A stretch of DNA of 64,000 nt, taken from an uncultured delta proteobacterium (GTDB taxonomy: Bacteria > Desulfobacterota > Binatia > Binatales > Binataceae). Of the stretch, positions 30,108-39,945 are shown one piece after another. Below the pieces are notes generated by a model. The model was not told the DNA's origin, made no database searches, and was given only the letters and a program-made list of their open reading frames with translations. The translations under genes were made by a program, and so were the position numbers. Position 1 is the stretch's first letter. Every line of letters starts with the position of its first letter. The stretch is taken from NCBI GenBank assembly GCA_963765675.1, contig CAVXXK010000014.1:64001-128000 (forward strand), in the 5' to 3' direction.

Positions 30108-31364
30108 CTAGTCAGCGCCTGCCAGAATCACGCGCTTTTGTTTTTCGTTGAATGCCTGCAGGCGATGCATGTAGTCGAACCGCACATAGTCGCGTCCGGC
30201 CGCCGACATCTTGTCGAACCAGTCGTCCTCGCCCAGCATCTCCGCGAGCCGCGGCGAATTCCGATGCAGCATCTGCACGTCAGTTTTTTTAGGCTCAAGG
30301 CTGCGCAAAATTCCGCGATTGAAATGCGCGTGCAGCGTCACTCGATCTCCCGGCTCCGTGCGGTCGCCTTGCCAATGCCACACGCCGTGCGTGAAGAAGA
30401 CGACCGAGCCCTTGGGCATCTCGATCGGCACCCCACCTTCGCTGTGTTCACCGGGCCGGGGTGGACGGCGCAGCTTGTGACTGCCCGGCACGAGCCAGGT
30501 GGGACCGGATTCGATCCGCCAATCCTCCAGCGCCCAAACACCGACCCCGGTCAGAGAGAATTCAGGATAAGGCTCGGGCACATGCGCGTAGTCGGTATGC
30601 ATTGGAATGACGCCAGGTCCCGGCGCCTTCTTGATGCTGCTGAACGAAGCGATTACGGCGCCGCGGCCAAGCGAGGCATCGATGAGCGTCATCAGCAGCG
30701 GATTCTGTATGAGCTGCTCGAATTCGCGCCCATGATAGAGCATCCAGTTCATCGAGAAAGTCTGATGCGGCAGCAACGCGCGTAAGGTCGCGTTGCGGAC
30801 CTCATCTGCGAACTTCGGAGAGATCGCGTGCTCGAGAACGGTGTAGCCCTTCTCCTCCATTTCGCGGATCTTGGCCGTGAGGCCCTGCCGCGCCGCGCGA
30901 TGCGCGAGATCCGGATTCTCGACGGTGCGCCGGCCCATATGGTCGTGCAGGATCGCGATTATCTCGCTCGCCTGCCCGTCGAGCGCGCCTTTCACGTGGA
31001 GTGCGTCCTTTCCGAACATGGTTGCGACTTCGCGCCCCATCGCCGTCATCGCACCCGGAGCCAGCACCCCCACAAACTGCGCGGCGGTCAGCGCGGCCTG
31101 ATAATCGCCCTCGACCACTAGGTCGGCTGATTCATTGAAATCGCGCGAGACGCGGACATTCTCGCCGTCGTAACGCATACCCCAGGCCGCAACATCGTTG
31201 CCAAACTTGAGATGCGGGGGCGCATTCGTGAAACGCTCGCTGACTGAAAAGGAGCGTCCGGCAAGTTGCTCCTTGCGGTTTTTGCATTCTCGATCCAGGA
31301 ATTTTCTCGCGTCATCAAGCCAGGCATCTGACAGAAACTCAAATCGATTCGGCAGCGTGATCAT
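30108..31364 (-). CDS. PhyH-family Fe(II)/2OG dioxygenase with SCP2-like N-terminal domain
   Basis: HTD...G.T.LVPGSH...VWH...R facial triad; N-terminal FEFLSDAWL. Confidence 0.8.
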   Translation of the reverse strand: MITLPNRFEFLSDAWLDDARKFLDRECKNRKEQLAGRSFSVSERFTNAPPHLKFGNDVAAWGMRYDGENVRVSRDFNESADLVVEGDYQAALTAAQFVGVLAPGAMTAMGREVATMFGKDALHVKGALDGQASEIIAILHDHMGRRTVENPDLAHRAARQGLTAKIREMEEKGYTVLEHAISPKFADEVRNATLRALLPHQTFSMNWMLYHGREFEQLIQNPLLMTLIDASLGRGAVIASFSSIKKAPGPGVIPMHTDYAHVPEPYPEFSLTGVGVWALEDWRIESGPTWLVPGSHKLRRPPRPGEHSEGGVPIEMPKGSVVFFTHGVWHWQGDRTEPGDRVTLHAHFNRGILRSLEPKKTDVQMLHRNSPRLAEMLGEDDWFDKMSAAGRDYVRFDYMHRLQAFNEKQKRVILAGAD

Positions 31365-31543
31365 CGGTCTCCCTCATCCTGCGGCGACGTATAGCACAGA
31401 CATCTGCACGACGGTTACATTCCGCCTCGTTCGGACCGGTTCACGTTAATCGCGAGTATTTTGGGCATCTATCTGTCTAGAGATGGCCTATTTGTCCTAA
31501 ACCGCGCGAATAGGCACAAGTCGCCGGACAAGCTAAACTCGTC

Positions 31544-34240
31544 TTGGCGCAACGGGGATTGAGTATCGCAACGAAAAAACACCTTAAAAGCGCGATACTG
31601 CCCGTCATTTGCGCTTTGATCGTGCTGATGGGCGGCAGGGCTGCCATGGCGGCTGGCTCAGGCACGCGCTTGCTGGTCACCACTGCTATCAACGAAAACG
31701 CCCTCGTCACGCTTGCCGGCAACACGCGCCACGAGGCGAACCGCGCGAATGATCGCGGACCGGTGGCTGCGAACTTTGCGATGGAGCACATGATGCTCCA
31801 GTTGCGGCGCTCTCCAGAACAGGAGCAAGCACTCGGAAAATACCTCGACGAGCTCGAAGATCCCAGTTCGCCGAACTACCATCGCTGGCTCACGGCGCAG
31901 GAATTCGGCGAACAGTACGGACTCGCTGGCCAGGACCTCTCGAAAATTTCGGATTGGCTTGCTTTACACGGGCTCAGCGTCAATACGGTCTATCCCAGCC
32001 GCGTCGTGATCGATTTTTCCGGCACGGCCGAAGCGGTGCGAGAAGCTTTTCATACCGAGATTCACGATCTCGAAGTGGATGGCACGGCATATATCGCCAA
32101 CATGAGCGACCCGCGGATTCCAGTCGCGTTGGCACCCGCGGTTGTGGGAGTCGTTTCGCTGAACGACTTCATGCCGCGCGCGATGAACCTGCCGCGGCCT
32201 GCATACACCTTCACCGGTTGTGGCTTTATCACCGGGAGCGATTGCTACGCGGTGGTGCCCGCTGACCTCGCCACCATATACAACTTCAACCCGCTGTTCG
32301 CCGAGGGATATTCGGGGCAGGGACAGACGATCGTCGTCGTCGAAGACTCAGACGTGTTCAGCACTTCGGACTGGAATACTTTCCGTACGACTTTCGGTCT
32401 AGCAAGCGCTTACCCTGAGGGAAGCCTGACGCAGGTGCATCCGGCGGGCAGCGGCGCGAACAATTGCACGGATCCGAAAGCGAACGGCGACGACAATGAA
32501 GCCGAAATCGACGTCGAGTGGTCGAGCGCCGCAGCTCCCAGCGCGGCGATCGAGCTCGCATCATGCGCCGACACCGTCACCTTTGGCGGTTTTATCGCGA
32601 TGGAGAATCTGCTCAGCGCCCAAGGAACACCGCCAGCGATCGTTAGCATTAGCTATGGCGAGTCCGAGGCGGACCTGGGCGCGGCGGGAAACGCGTTCAT
32701 CAATTCGTTGTATCAGGAAGCGGCTGCCGCGGGCGTGTCGGTGTTCGTGTCGTCGGGCGACGAAGGCGCGGCCAGCTCCGACGCCGACAAAACCGTGGCG
32801 ACGCACGGCATCGCAGTCAGCGGATTCGCCTCGACGCCGTACGATGTTGCGGTAGGCGGCACTGATTTCGGCGACACCTCCGCGGGCGTCAACAGCAGCT
32901 ACTGGAGCGCCGCGAATGGAACCGCTGACGGCTCCGCGCTTTCCTATATCCCGGAGATTCCGTGGAACGACTCATGCGCGAGTGAGCTGATCTCGAGCTT
33001 CTTCGGTTATAGCGCCGCCTATGGATCGAGTGGCTTCTGCAACAGCTCTGTCGGCACCGGCAACTTTCTGACGACGACCTCGGGCAGTGGCGGACCGAGC
33101 GGATGCGCCAGCGGTGCGCCCTCGAGCCCGGGCGTTGTCGGCGGAAGTTGCGCCGGATACGCCAAGCCGAGTTGGCAACGGGTGGTCGGTAACCCGAGCG
33201 ACGATGTGCGTGATATTCCCGACGTGTCGATGTTCGCAGCCAACGGGGTTTGGGATCACTACTATGAAGTCTGCTTTTCGGACACGAAGCATGGCGGGAT
33301 GTCTTGTGCGGGGATGCCGGATACTTGGGCCGGATTCGGCGGAACGTCAGTTTCCTCGCCGATCATGGCGGCGATTCAGGCGCTTGCAAACCAGCGCAGC
33401 CAGCAGCGGCAGGGCAACCCGAATCCGACTTACTATTCGATCGCAGCGACTGAGTACGGCGCATCAGGCAATTCGTCCTGCAACTCTTCTCGTGGCAACG
33501 AGGTGTCTGGCTCCTGTGTCTTTTACGACGTGACCCAGGGCGATATGGACATTAACTGCACGGGCTCGAACGATTGTTACACGCCATCGGGAAGCAACGG
33601 CGTGCTCTCTACTTCGAACTCGGCGTTTTCACCCGCCTATCGTGCCGGCACCGGATGGGATTTTGCCACGGGCATCGGAACCGTCAATGCGTTCAACCTG
33701 GTGACGTCGTTCCCCGCGGGAAGTCCCACGCCGACGCCAACCGCTACCCCTACTCGTAGCGCAACTCCAACCCCGACTGCCACGCCGACCACGGCCACTG
33801 CTACCGCGACGGCCACTGCGACCGTCCCCGCTACACACACGCCAACCGCAACGGCGACTGGGACGACTGCGCCAACTCCTACTGCGACCGTTACTCCGGT
33901 TGCGGACAAGCTTTCGATTTCTGCGACAGCTATCTATTTTGGCAAGGTCGCGGTCGACGCTACCAGCAAGCCGAAGAAAATCACCATCAGCAACCGCAAG
34001 CACAAGCGCGCGCTGCCGGCGATCGTCGTGAGCGAGGAATCAAGTACCCCCGGAGTCTTCATCGTCGATGATCAGTGCCAGACGACGCTGTTGCCGGGCG
34101 AACACTGCGTACTGACGATCGAATTCGCGCCCACCACGATCGGGAAGCAGTCGGCGACGCTAATAATCAATGACAACGCCGAGAGGAATCCGCAGACGGT
34201 GACTCTGAAAGGGACCGGGAAGGCAGTCCCTACGCGCTAA
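31544..34240 (+). CDS. S53 (sedolisin/kumamolisin) serine protease with prodomain, PT linker and C-terminal choice-of-anchor D/ASH-like domain
   Basis: Signal peptide; SPNYHRWLT prodomain; EAEIDVE, SSGD, PDVS, GGTSVSSP, GWDFATGIG. Confidence 0.92.
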   Translation: MAQRGLSIATKKHLKSAILPVICALIVLMGGRAAMAAGSGTRLLVTTAINENALVTLAGNTRHEANRANDRGPVAANFAMEHMMLQLRRSPEQEQALGKYLDELEDPSSPNYHRWLTAQEFGEQYGLAGQDLSKISDWLALHGLSVNTVYPSRVVIDFSGTAEAVREAFHTEIHDLEVDGTAYIANMSDPRIPVALAPAVVGVVSLNDFMPRAMNLPRPAYTFTGCGFITGSDCYAVVPADLATIYNFNPLFAEGYSGQGQTIVVVEDSDVFSTSDWNTFRTTFGLASAYPEGSLTQVHPAGSGANNCTDPKANGDDNEAEIDVEWSSAAAPSAAIELASCADTVTFGGFIAMENLLSAQGTPPAIVSISYGESEADLGAAGNAFINSLYQEAAAAGVSVFVSSGDEGAASSDADKTVATHGIAVSGFASTPYDVAVGGTDFGDTSAGVNSSYWSAANGTADGSALSYIPEIPWNDSCASELISSFFGYSAAYGSSGFCNSSVGTGNFLTTTSGSGGPSGCASGAPSSPGVVGGSCAGYAKPSWQRVVGNPSDDVRDIPDVSMFAANGVWDHYYEVCFSDTKHGGMSCAGMPDTWAGFGGTSVSSPIMAAIQALANQRSQQRQGNPNPTYYSIAATEYGASGNSSCNSSRGNEVSGSCVFYDVTQGDMDINCTGSNDCYTPSGSNGVLSTSNSAFSPAYRAGTGWDFATGIGTVNAFNLVTSFPAGSPTPTPTATPTRSATPTPTATPTTATATATATATVPATHTPTATATGTTAPTPTATVTPVADKLSISATAIYFGKVAVDATSKPKKITISNRKHKRALPAIVVSEESSTPGVFIVDDQCQTTLLPGEHCVLTIEFAPTTIGKQSATLIINDNAERNPQTVTLKGTGKAVPTR
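33721..33900 (+). repeat. Pro/Thr/Ala-rich low-complexity linker (coding)
   Basis: SPTPTPTATPTRSATPTPTATPTTATATATATATVP... Confidence 0.85.
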
Positions 34241-34288
34241 GCCCGCGTTCTAGCCCACTCCTCTAATACGTGGTCGCGGATGGGGTCC

Positions 34289-35245
34289 TCACGGCTGGCG
34301 TACTGCCGGAATCACTTCTTCGGCGAAGTTCTGAAACTCCTCTTCGATCAGGATCGGCCAGCGCAAGCTGAAGATGAAGTGCGTGACGCCGACCTTGACG
34401 TACTGCGCGATCTTGTCGAGGCATTCGTCCTTGCTGCCGATCATGATTCGATCGCGCGCCTGTTCGGGCGTGATCCGCGCCATGCTCGCGACGACGCCGG
34501 AGATCATCTGCTCGCGCTCTTTGGACGCCTTGTAGCAGAGCGGCAGCATGATGGTTTTTTCGATTTCGTCGGTGTCGCGCCCGCCCGTGTCGCCGTGCCG
34601 CTCAATAACGTCGATCAGACGTTTCATCTCGGTCGGATTCGCATGCATCGTATTCCACATATCGGCATGCTTCGCGACGATTTTGAGCAGGAATTTTTCT
34701 CCGTGTCCGCCGATCATCAATGGGATGCGCGGCTTCTGGAGCGGTTTTGGATTACAGACCGCGTCGACCACGTGGTAGTGCTTGCCATCGACCGTGGTTC
34801 TGTCCTGGGTGAACATCCCATTGATGATCTGGCACGACTCGTCGAGCGCCTCGAGCCGCCCGCGGAGAGTTTTGAAATCGATCCCGAAGTTCCGATGCTC
34901 CAGCTCGTTCCATCCGGCGCCCAAGCCGAGATTGAGCCTGCCGCCGCTTACGTGGTCAAGCGTCGCCGCCATCTTCGCGATCAAGCACGGATTGCGATAG
35001 GTGTTGCCGTTGACCAGCGCTCCGATGCGGGCGCGCTTGGTGTGCTGGCTGAGCGCGCCAAGCAGCGTCCAGTTTTCCATACAGGGGCCGGCAGGGTCGG
35101 GCGTGAAGATCGGATAGAAGTGATCGAAGGCCCACAGCGAGTCGTAGCCCCAGCCGTCGAGTCTTCCCCACACGTCGCGCATCCGCTCCCACGTGACGTT
35201 TTGTTGCCCGGACTGAAATCCAAATCTAATTGGATGCTTGGCCAT
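34289..35245 (-). CDS. F420-dependent-type LLM oxidoreductase (TIGR03560-like)
   Basis: LWAFDHFYP, ENWTLLGAL, GNTYRNP, LDHVSGGRL, PKPLQKPRIP, GGHGEK; ATG at 35245 with AAGGA RBS. Confidence 0.85.
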   Translation of the reverse strand: MAKHPIRFGFQSGQQNVTWERMRDVWGRLDGWGYDSLWAFDHFYPIFTPDPAGPCMENWTLLGALSQHTKRARIGALVNGNTYRNPCLIAKMAATLDHVSGGRLNLGLGAGWNELEHRNFGIDFKTLRGRLEALDESCQIINGMFTQDRTTVDGKHYHVVDAVCNPKPLQKPRIPLMIGGHGEKFLLKIVAKHADMWNTMHANPTEMKRLIDVIERHGDTGGRDTDEIEKTIMLPLCYKASKEREQMISGVVASMARITPEQARDRIMIGSKDECLDKIAQYVKVGVTHFIFSLRWPILIEEEFQNFAEEVIPAVRQP

Positions 35246-35416
35246 TTCCTTGACCTCGTTGGATGCGCTGATTTGCGACGGAGGTTTACATGCATAGCAC
35301 ACACGCCGAACATTTCGGAGCGGAGATGACTTCCCTTGGGCCGAATCATCCTGTCGCTGATTTCGGGGGTTGCTGTCGGTCCGCGACAGTGAAAAAAGTG
35401 GTTCGAGGTTAGGACG

Positions 35417-36100
35417 ATGCGCCGCGCCGATCGCCTGTTCGAGATAATCCAGCGCTTGCGCCGGCGCAAAGTGGTGACCGCAAGCTCGCTCGCAGAATAC
35501 TTTGAGTTGAGCGAGCGCACCATCTATCGGGACATCGCCGATCTGATCGCAAGCGACGTCCCGATCGAGGGCGCGGCCGGCGTCGGCTATTCATTGCGCA
35601 AAGGTTATGACTTGCCACCGCTGATGTTCAGCGAGAGCGAGCTCGAGGCCCTCGTCTTCGGCGCTCGCATGGTGCAGAACTGGAGCGACGCCGAGCTGGG
35701 CCAGGCTGCCGATGCTGCGTTGTCGAAGATCGAGAACGTGTTGCCCCCGCATCTGCATCGGATGCTTGAGGACAGATCGCTGTGGGCGCCGAAAGATATG
35801 CGCAAGGTACCGGTGACGTTCGATCTCGGAGGGCTGCGGGCGGCGATTCGCGGATGCCGAAAGGTCCGTTTTCGATATTGCGACGAGAAGGGAGCGGAGA
35901 CGCGGCGCAAAGTGCGTCCCCTGAGTCTGTGGTTCTATCCACCGGTCTGGATAGCGGCGTCCTGGTGCGAGTTGCGTAACGAGTTCCGCTTTTTCCGCAC
36001 TGATCGCATGAGCGATGTCGAGTTTCTGGGCGAACCGTTCACTCAGGAGCCTGGCAAGTCCGCCGGGGATCTCTTCCGCCAATTGCTCCGCAAATCCTGA
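35417..36100 (+). CDS. YafY-family WYL-domain transcriptional regulator
   Basis: MRRADRLFEIIQ HTH, SERTIYRDI, LPPLMF, WCELRNEFRFFRTDRM. Confidence 0.93.
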   Translation: MRRADRLFEIIQRLRRRKVVTASSLAEYFELSERTIYRDIADLIASDVPIEGAAGVGYSLRKGYDLPPLMFSESELEALVFGARMVQNWSDAELGQAADAALSKIENVLPPHLHRMLEDRSLWAPKDMRKVPVTFDLGGLRAAIRGCRKVRFRYCDEKGAETRRKVRPLSLWFYPPVWIAASWCELRNEFRFFRTDRMSDVEFLGEPFTQEPGKSAGDLFRQLLRKS

Positions 36101-36111
36101 CGCCCCAACGC

Positions 36112-36184
36112 TCCTGACATACCGCTGTCAGGATCTCGCCCGACGCGCGCGAGCCGCCCGACATTACTGACAGGTGGCTGTCAG
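36112..36184 (+). promoter_or_regulatory. Two CTGACA-N6-TGTCAG palindromes (putative WYL operators)
   Basis: TCCTGACA-TACCGC-TGTCAGGA (36112-36133) and CTGACA-GGTGGC-TGTCAG (36167-36184). Confidence 0.75.
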
Positions 36185-36264
36185 CAACGCCTCGCGGCTA
36201 ATCGAGAGCACAGTGTTAGATTCTTTCTCAACGCGTTTCCTGCATTTTGTTGAGGAGAGGGATC

Positions 36265-36639
36265 ATGAGGATGACGCAGCTTTCAGAACGTCCGGCGATG
36301 CAAGATCGAGTGATCGTCCTCAAGTCGGCCGAAGAAACCGCCGGCGAACTATACCAATGCGAGTATATCGCGCGCGTGGTGACGTCGCGTCCCAGGGATC
36401 ACATACACACGCAGCAAGAGGAGCGGCTGGAGGTGATCGAGGGCACTGTGCGATGCCGTGTAGCGGGACAGGAGTTTGTTCTGGAGCGGGGTAGGGTGAT
36501 GGTGATTCCGCCCGGCACTCCGCACGCCGTTTGGAACGAAGACCCGCTAGGGTCGCGCTCGATTTCGGAGTACCGTCCGGCAATGAATGCGGAGGCGATG
36601 TTCCGCGGCTGCATTGTTAAGGACCCGTCACGTCGGTAG
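36265..36639 (+). CDS. Cupin-domain protein
   Basis: HIHTQQEERLEVIEG and PPGTPHAVWN; GAGGAG RBS. Confidence 0.85.
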   Translation: MRMTQLSERPAMQDRVIVLKSAEETAGELYQCEYIARVVTSRPRDHIHTQQEERLEVIEGTVRCRVAGQEFVLERGRVMVIPPGTPHAVWNEDPLGSRSISEYRPAMNAEAMFRGCIVKDPSRR

Positions 36640-36697
36640 CTTGCTCGCAGACGTAAAGATTGGATACTGCTAACCACGCAAGCTCAAGGAGTTCTTC

Positions 36698-37342
36698 ATG
36701 CCAACACTATATGGAACGCTCGGGTCACCATTCGTTCGAAAAGCCATCGTCGCTTTGACCGAAAAAGGAATTGCCTACGAGCACGACCCGGTCGTTCCGT
36801 TCGGGAATCCTGAGTACCGCAAAATCAGCCCGCTTGGAAAAATTCCGGCCTTTCGTGATGGCGACCGCACGCTTGCTGATTCGTCGGTGATCATCGCATA
36901 CCTGGAGCGGACACATCCCGAACCTCCGCTTTATCCTTCCGATCCCTACGAATATGCCCGCGCTTTGTGGTTCGAGGAGTACGGCGACGGGGGTCTGGCG
37001 CCGATCTTGGGCGGAAAGATCTTCTTCACGCGCATAGTCGGTCCGCGATTCTTCAACCAGCCTGCCGATGAAGCCGTAATCAAAAAAGTTCTCGACGAGG
37101 AAGTTCCACCCCTCTTCGACTATCTCGAGAAGGAAATCGGCGACAAGAAGTTCCTGGTCGGAAATCGCTTCACGATCGCCGATATCGGCATCGCGACGAT
37201 CTTCGTGAACTTCGAGCTCGCGGGATGCAGCATCGACGCAAAGCGCTGGCCGAAGCTCGCCGCCTATGTCGAGGGCATCCACAACCGGCCGAGCTTTAAG
37301 GCAGTGATAGACAAAGAAAAGGCGATGTTCCAAGCCGCGTGA
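36698..37342 (+). CDS. Glutathione S-transferase family protein
   Basis: SPFVRK, SPLGKIP, DSSVIIAYLE, FTIADI. Confidence 0.92.
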   Translation: MPTLYGTLGSPFVRKAIVALTEKGIAYEHDPVVPFGNPEYRKISPLGKIPAFRDGDRTLADSSVIIAYLERTHPEPPLYPSDPYEYARALWFEEYGDGGLAPILGGKIFFTRIVGPRFFNQPADEAVIKKVLDEEVPPLFDYLEKEIGDKKFLVGNRFTIADIGIATIFVNFELAGCSIDAKRWPKLAAYVEGIHNRPSFKAVIDKEKAMFQAA

Positions 37343-37426
37343 CCAACTCAGCCTTACGAATCTATTGGGGACTCCCTGATGGTAGTAGGGAGTCTGGCTG
37401 CCTGGATAAAAGGCGCTCTGCGGCCG

Positions 37427-37732
37427 TTACCGCTGGATACGCGCGCGGTCTTTCCCGGCCTGCTCAGCTCGCTTGAGGATTTCGCCTTCGGGGCCGTCAA
37501 TTGCCCGTCTAGCTTCCTCGGCCTTGCGAGCGACCTGTCCGCTCTGTTCAAACTTCCTCTCTTTCCTTTCATACTCGTGCGCGGCTTCGAGGCCGGCTTC
37601 ATCGTTGGGTTCGTTTAGATCAAGCTGGCTTTCCGCTTCGTACCAGTCCTCGTCCTGACGCCCTTCAGGCCGGCCTTTGCTTTCCCAGATTTGATAGGCT
37701 CGCTCGCGAATGCGGCGATTTCGGTCATCCAT
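37427..37732 (-). CDS. DUF2934-domain small protein
   Basis: IRERAYQIWESKGRPEGRQDEDWYEAE; GAGAGG RBS. Confidence 0.85.
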   Translation of the reverse strand: MDDRNRRIRERAYQIWESKGRPEGRQDEDWYEAESQLDLNEPNDEAGLEAAHEYERKERKFEQSGQVARKAEEARRAIDGPEGEILKRAEQAGKDRARIQR

Positions 37733-37931
37733 TACCAGACCTCTCGCTTGATTAAAGATTAAGGGAGAACCTGAAAACGAGCATCTGTTGTGCCACGGCG
37801 GCAAGAGTCAGGGTCAGAAAGAAAAGCGACGCGACAGCGAATGTTTCCGGAATCGCGTTCGTCGGTTCGGAAAAGCAGATACAGGAAGTTCTATAAAAAT
37901 TGCTCACCAAGTTTGTGCGCGCGCCAGCAAA

Positions 37932-38360
37932 TCAAATGGGTGGTCGGCGACGGAACCGTTCGATCGAGGCGAGCAAAGTTTGAGGAGCGACTGGCTTGCG
38001 CAGGAGGTGGTCGGCTTTGATTGGTTTGACGATCTCACCAACCGCCGAAAGCACGACCACCGGGATTCTATCGAGTCGTTTGTCGGCGAGTTGCGCTTCG
38101 CGAAATCCCCATCCATCCATCCGCGGCAGCATCAGGTCCAGCAGAATCAGGTCGGGTAAATCACCGCTGGCAAGCATCTCGAGTGCCGCGATCCCATCGA
38201 TAGCGTGCGAAGCACGATAGCCGGAAATCTTTAAGAGATCGCATAGGGCTGAGGCGAGGTCGGGATCATCTTCGATCACAAGGATCTTCGCGGCAGGAGG
38301 CGCGTCGCCGATCTCTTTCAGATCAGCGCTATGAGACGATGATTTGCGACCCTCCGGCAC
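37932..38360 (-). CDS. Single-domain response regulator
   Basis: LVIEDD, LLDLMLP, VLSA, LRKP. Confidence 0.9.
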   Translation of the reverse strand: MPEGRKSSSHSADLKEIGDAPPAAKILVIEDDPDLASALCDLLKISGYRASHAIDGIAALEMLASGDLPDLILLDLMLPRMDGWGFREAQLADKRLDRIPVVVLSAVGEIVKPIKADHLLRKPVAPQTLLASIERFRRRPPI

Positions 38361-38371
38361 CGCGGGCTCTC

Positions 38372-39598
38372 CTAGTTCCTTCGCCTGGTGTCTGGAGTCG
38401 CGATGCGGGGCAGCTCGATAACGAAACGGGTCCCGCCGCTGGTGCGATTCTCGGCTGTTATGGACCCTTTGTGCTGCTCGACAATCTGGCTTGCGATATA
38501 CAGCCCCAATCCGAGTCCGCCATAGTTGCGGCTGACGGAGGTTCGCTCGAAGCGCCCGAAAATTCGCGAGAGATCCTCTGCTGGTATACCGATGCCGCGA
38601 TCTTCCACCACCAGGACGGCCTTTGCGTCCTTGGTCTCGAGCTGGACATCAATCGGACGTCCGGCGCCGTACTTGATTGCGTTGGATACGACGTTGCTCA
38701 GTGCTTCGTCGAGTCGAAATTTGTCCGCCAGCGCGACGATTCCGCTGCCGATCGCCAGCCGAATTTCGCTGCCGGCGTTCGAAGCCTGTTCCGAGAGCCG
38801 TTCCGCGACATCGTTTATGATTTCGCCCAAGTCGCAGGGCGCCAGGTCCAGCTTGAGTCTTCCACTGGCCAGTTGAGAAACATCGAGCAGGCGGTCCACC
38901 AGCCGTCCGATTCTTTCCGCCTGATCCTGCGCGCGCCGCACGCTCGGTTGCACCTGTTCGATATCGCCCTTCGCGGCGTGACGTTCGAGCAATCCCAGCC
39001 GAAGGACCAGCGTGCTCAGCGGAGTGCGCAATTCATGCGAGGCAATCGCGAGAAACTCGTCGCGCATCCGTACGGCGGCCTCGGCCTGCTCGTTGCGTTT
39101 GCGCTCACTCAGGTCAGTCACGATAGCACCGATCGACCGGCCTTCTTCGAGATTGACCGGGTTGAGCGAAAACTGGGTCGGAAGAGTGGTTCCCGAAGGC
39201 GCCAAGAGCACCATCTCGGCGCGAATCGGATCGAGACTTCCTTGCCGGATGAGCCTTTTGAGCGACTCGCGGTCTTCGGAAGGTACGAATTCGCATACGT
39301 CGCGACCCATAATCTGATCGAGCTGAACGCCGACCATGTGCGCGAATGCGGAGTTGCAGTAAAGGATGATGCCGTCGTTCGAGAGCGAGATCGCGCCTTC
39401 GTTCATGCTCTCGACTAAAACGCGGTATGGATGCTCCGCGCCTTCGAGCGTGAAGACTTTTTCGCCCGAAGGACCGGACACCACCACGGCATCGACCTCG
39501 CCGCTGCGGATCGCGTTGAGGGTTTCTTCCGCCTCCTGGAGGCGTTGCCGCAACTCATCGAGTTCCAGGCGTACGGAGGGCTTTTGATTCATCCTCAC
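38372..39598 (-). CDS. PAS-domain sensor histidine kinase (kai-cluster associated)
   Basis: N-terminal LQEAEETLNAIRSGEVDA, PAS, SHELRTPL, NAIKY, DRGIGI, GLGLGL; GTGA overlap with kaiB stop. Confidence 0.93.
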   Translation of the reverse strand: MRMNQKPSVRLELDELRQRLQEAEETLNAIRSGEVDAVVVSGPSGEKVFTLEGAEHPYRVLVESMNEGAISLSNDGIILYCNSAFAHMVGVQLDQIMGRDVCEFVPSEDRESLKRLIRQGSLDPIRAEMVLLAPSGTTLPTQFSLNPVNLEEGRSIGAIVTDLSERKRNEQAEAAVRMRDEFLAIASHELRTPLSTLVLRLGLLERHAAKGDIEQVQPSVRRAQDQAERIGRLVDRLLDVSQLASGRLKLDLAPCDLGEIINDVAERLSEQASNAGSEIRLAIGSGIVALADKFRLDEALSNVVSNAIKYGAGRPIDVQLETKDAKAVLVVEDRGIGIPAEDLSRIFGRFERTSVSRNYGGLGLGLYIASQIVEQHKGSITAENRTSGGTRFVIELPRIATPDTRRRN

Positions 39599-39936
39599 TT
39601 TGAGCCACCCCCAATTGCGAGATTGAGCAGCACCTTGGGCCGGTCGGATAGATCGCCGATCATACGGCGGGTCGGGAGCGGTCGCTCCTTGATAAGGGTG
39701 GGGGCGGCGATGATGTCCGATTCGGTCGCGCGGCCAGGCTCCTGGTAGATGTCAATCACTTCCAAATCGTACTGTCCCTTCAAATTTGCCTCGCAAATCT
39801 CGCACAGATTCCGAATCGCCCGCGTGGAACGTGGAGTGGTCCCGCTGGTAAACAGACGCAGCACGTAACGTCCCGGCCGCATCTGTTTCTTCCTGCCGCT
39901 GGTTGGTTTCGGTTTGATATGATGAATTTTTGCCAC
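39595..39936 (-). CDS. kaiB: KaiB-family protein (copy 2)
   Basis: YVLRLF.SG.TPRS.RAI.NL, LEVIDI, AAPTLIK, IGDLSD. Confidence 0.92.
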   Translation of the reverse strand: MAKIHHIKPKPTSGRKKQMRPGRYVLRLFTSGTTPRSTRAIRNLCEICEANLKGQYDLEVIDIYQEPGRATESDIIAAPTLIKERPLPTRRMIGDLSDRPKVLLNLAIGGGSK

Positions 39937-39945
39937 GACGTTTTC

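Noticed and set aside
33721-33900. Repetitive DNA (also 19310-19470) as CRISPR or VNTR
   Set aside because: Degenerate codon-level repeats encoding Pro/Thr linkers; no repeat-spacer structure and no cas genes.
34280-35329. 349-aa plus-strand ORF
   Set aside because: Antisense shadow of the LLM oxidoreductase; no motifs; typical of high-GC codon bias.
35345-35392. TGTCG/CGACA half-sites upstream of the WYL gene
   Set aside because: Orientation and spacing differ from the CTGACA-N6-TGTCAG palindromes; could be chance.
38339-39418. 359-aa plus-strand ORF
   Set aside because: Antisense shadow of the histidine kinase.
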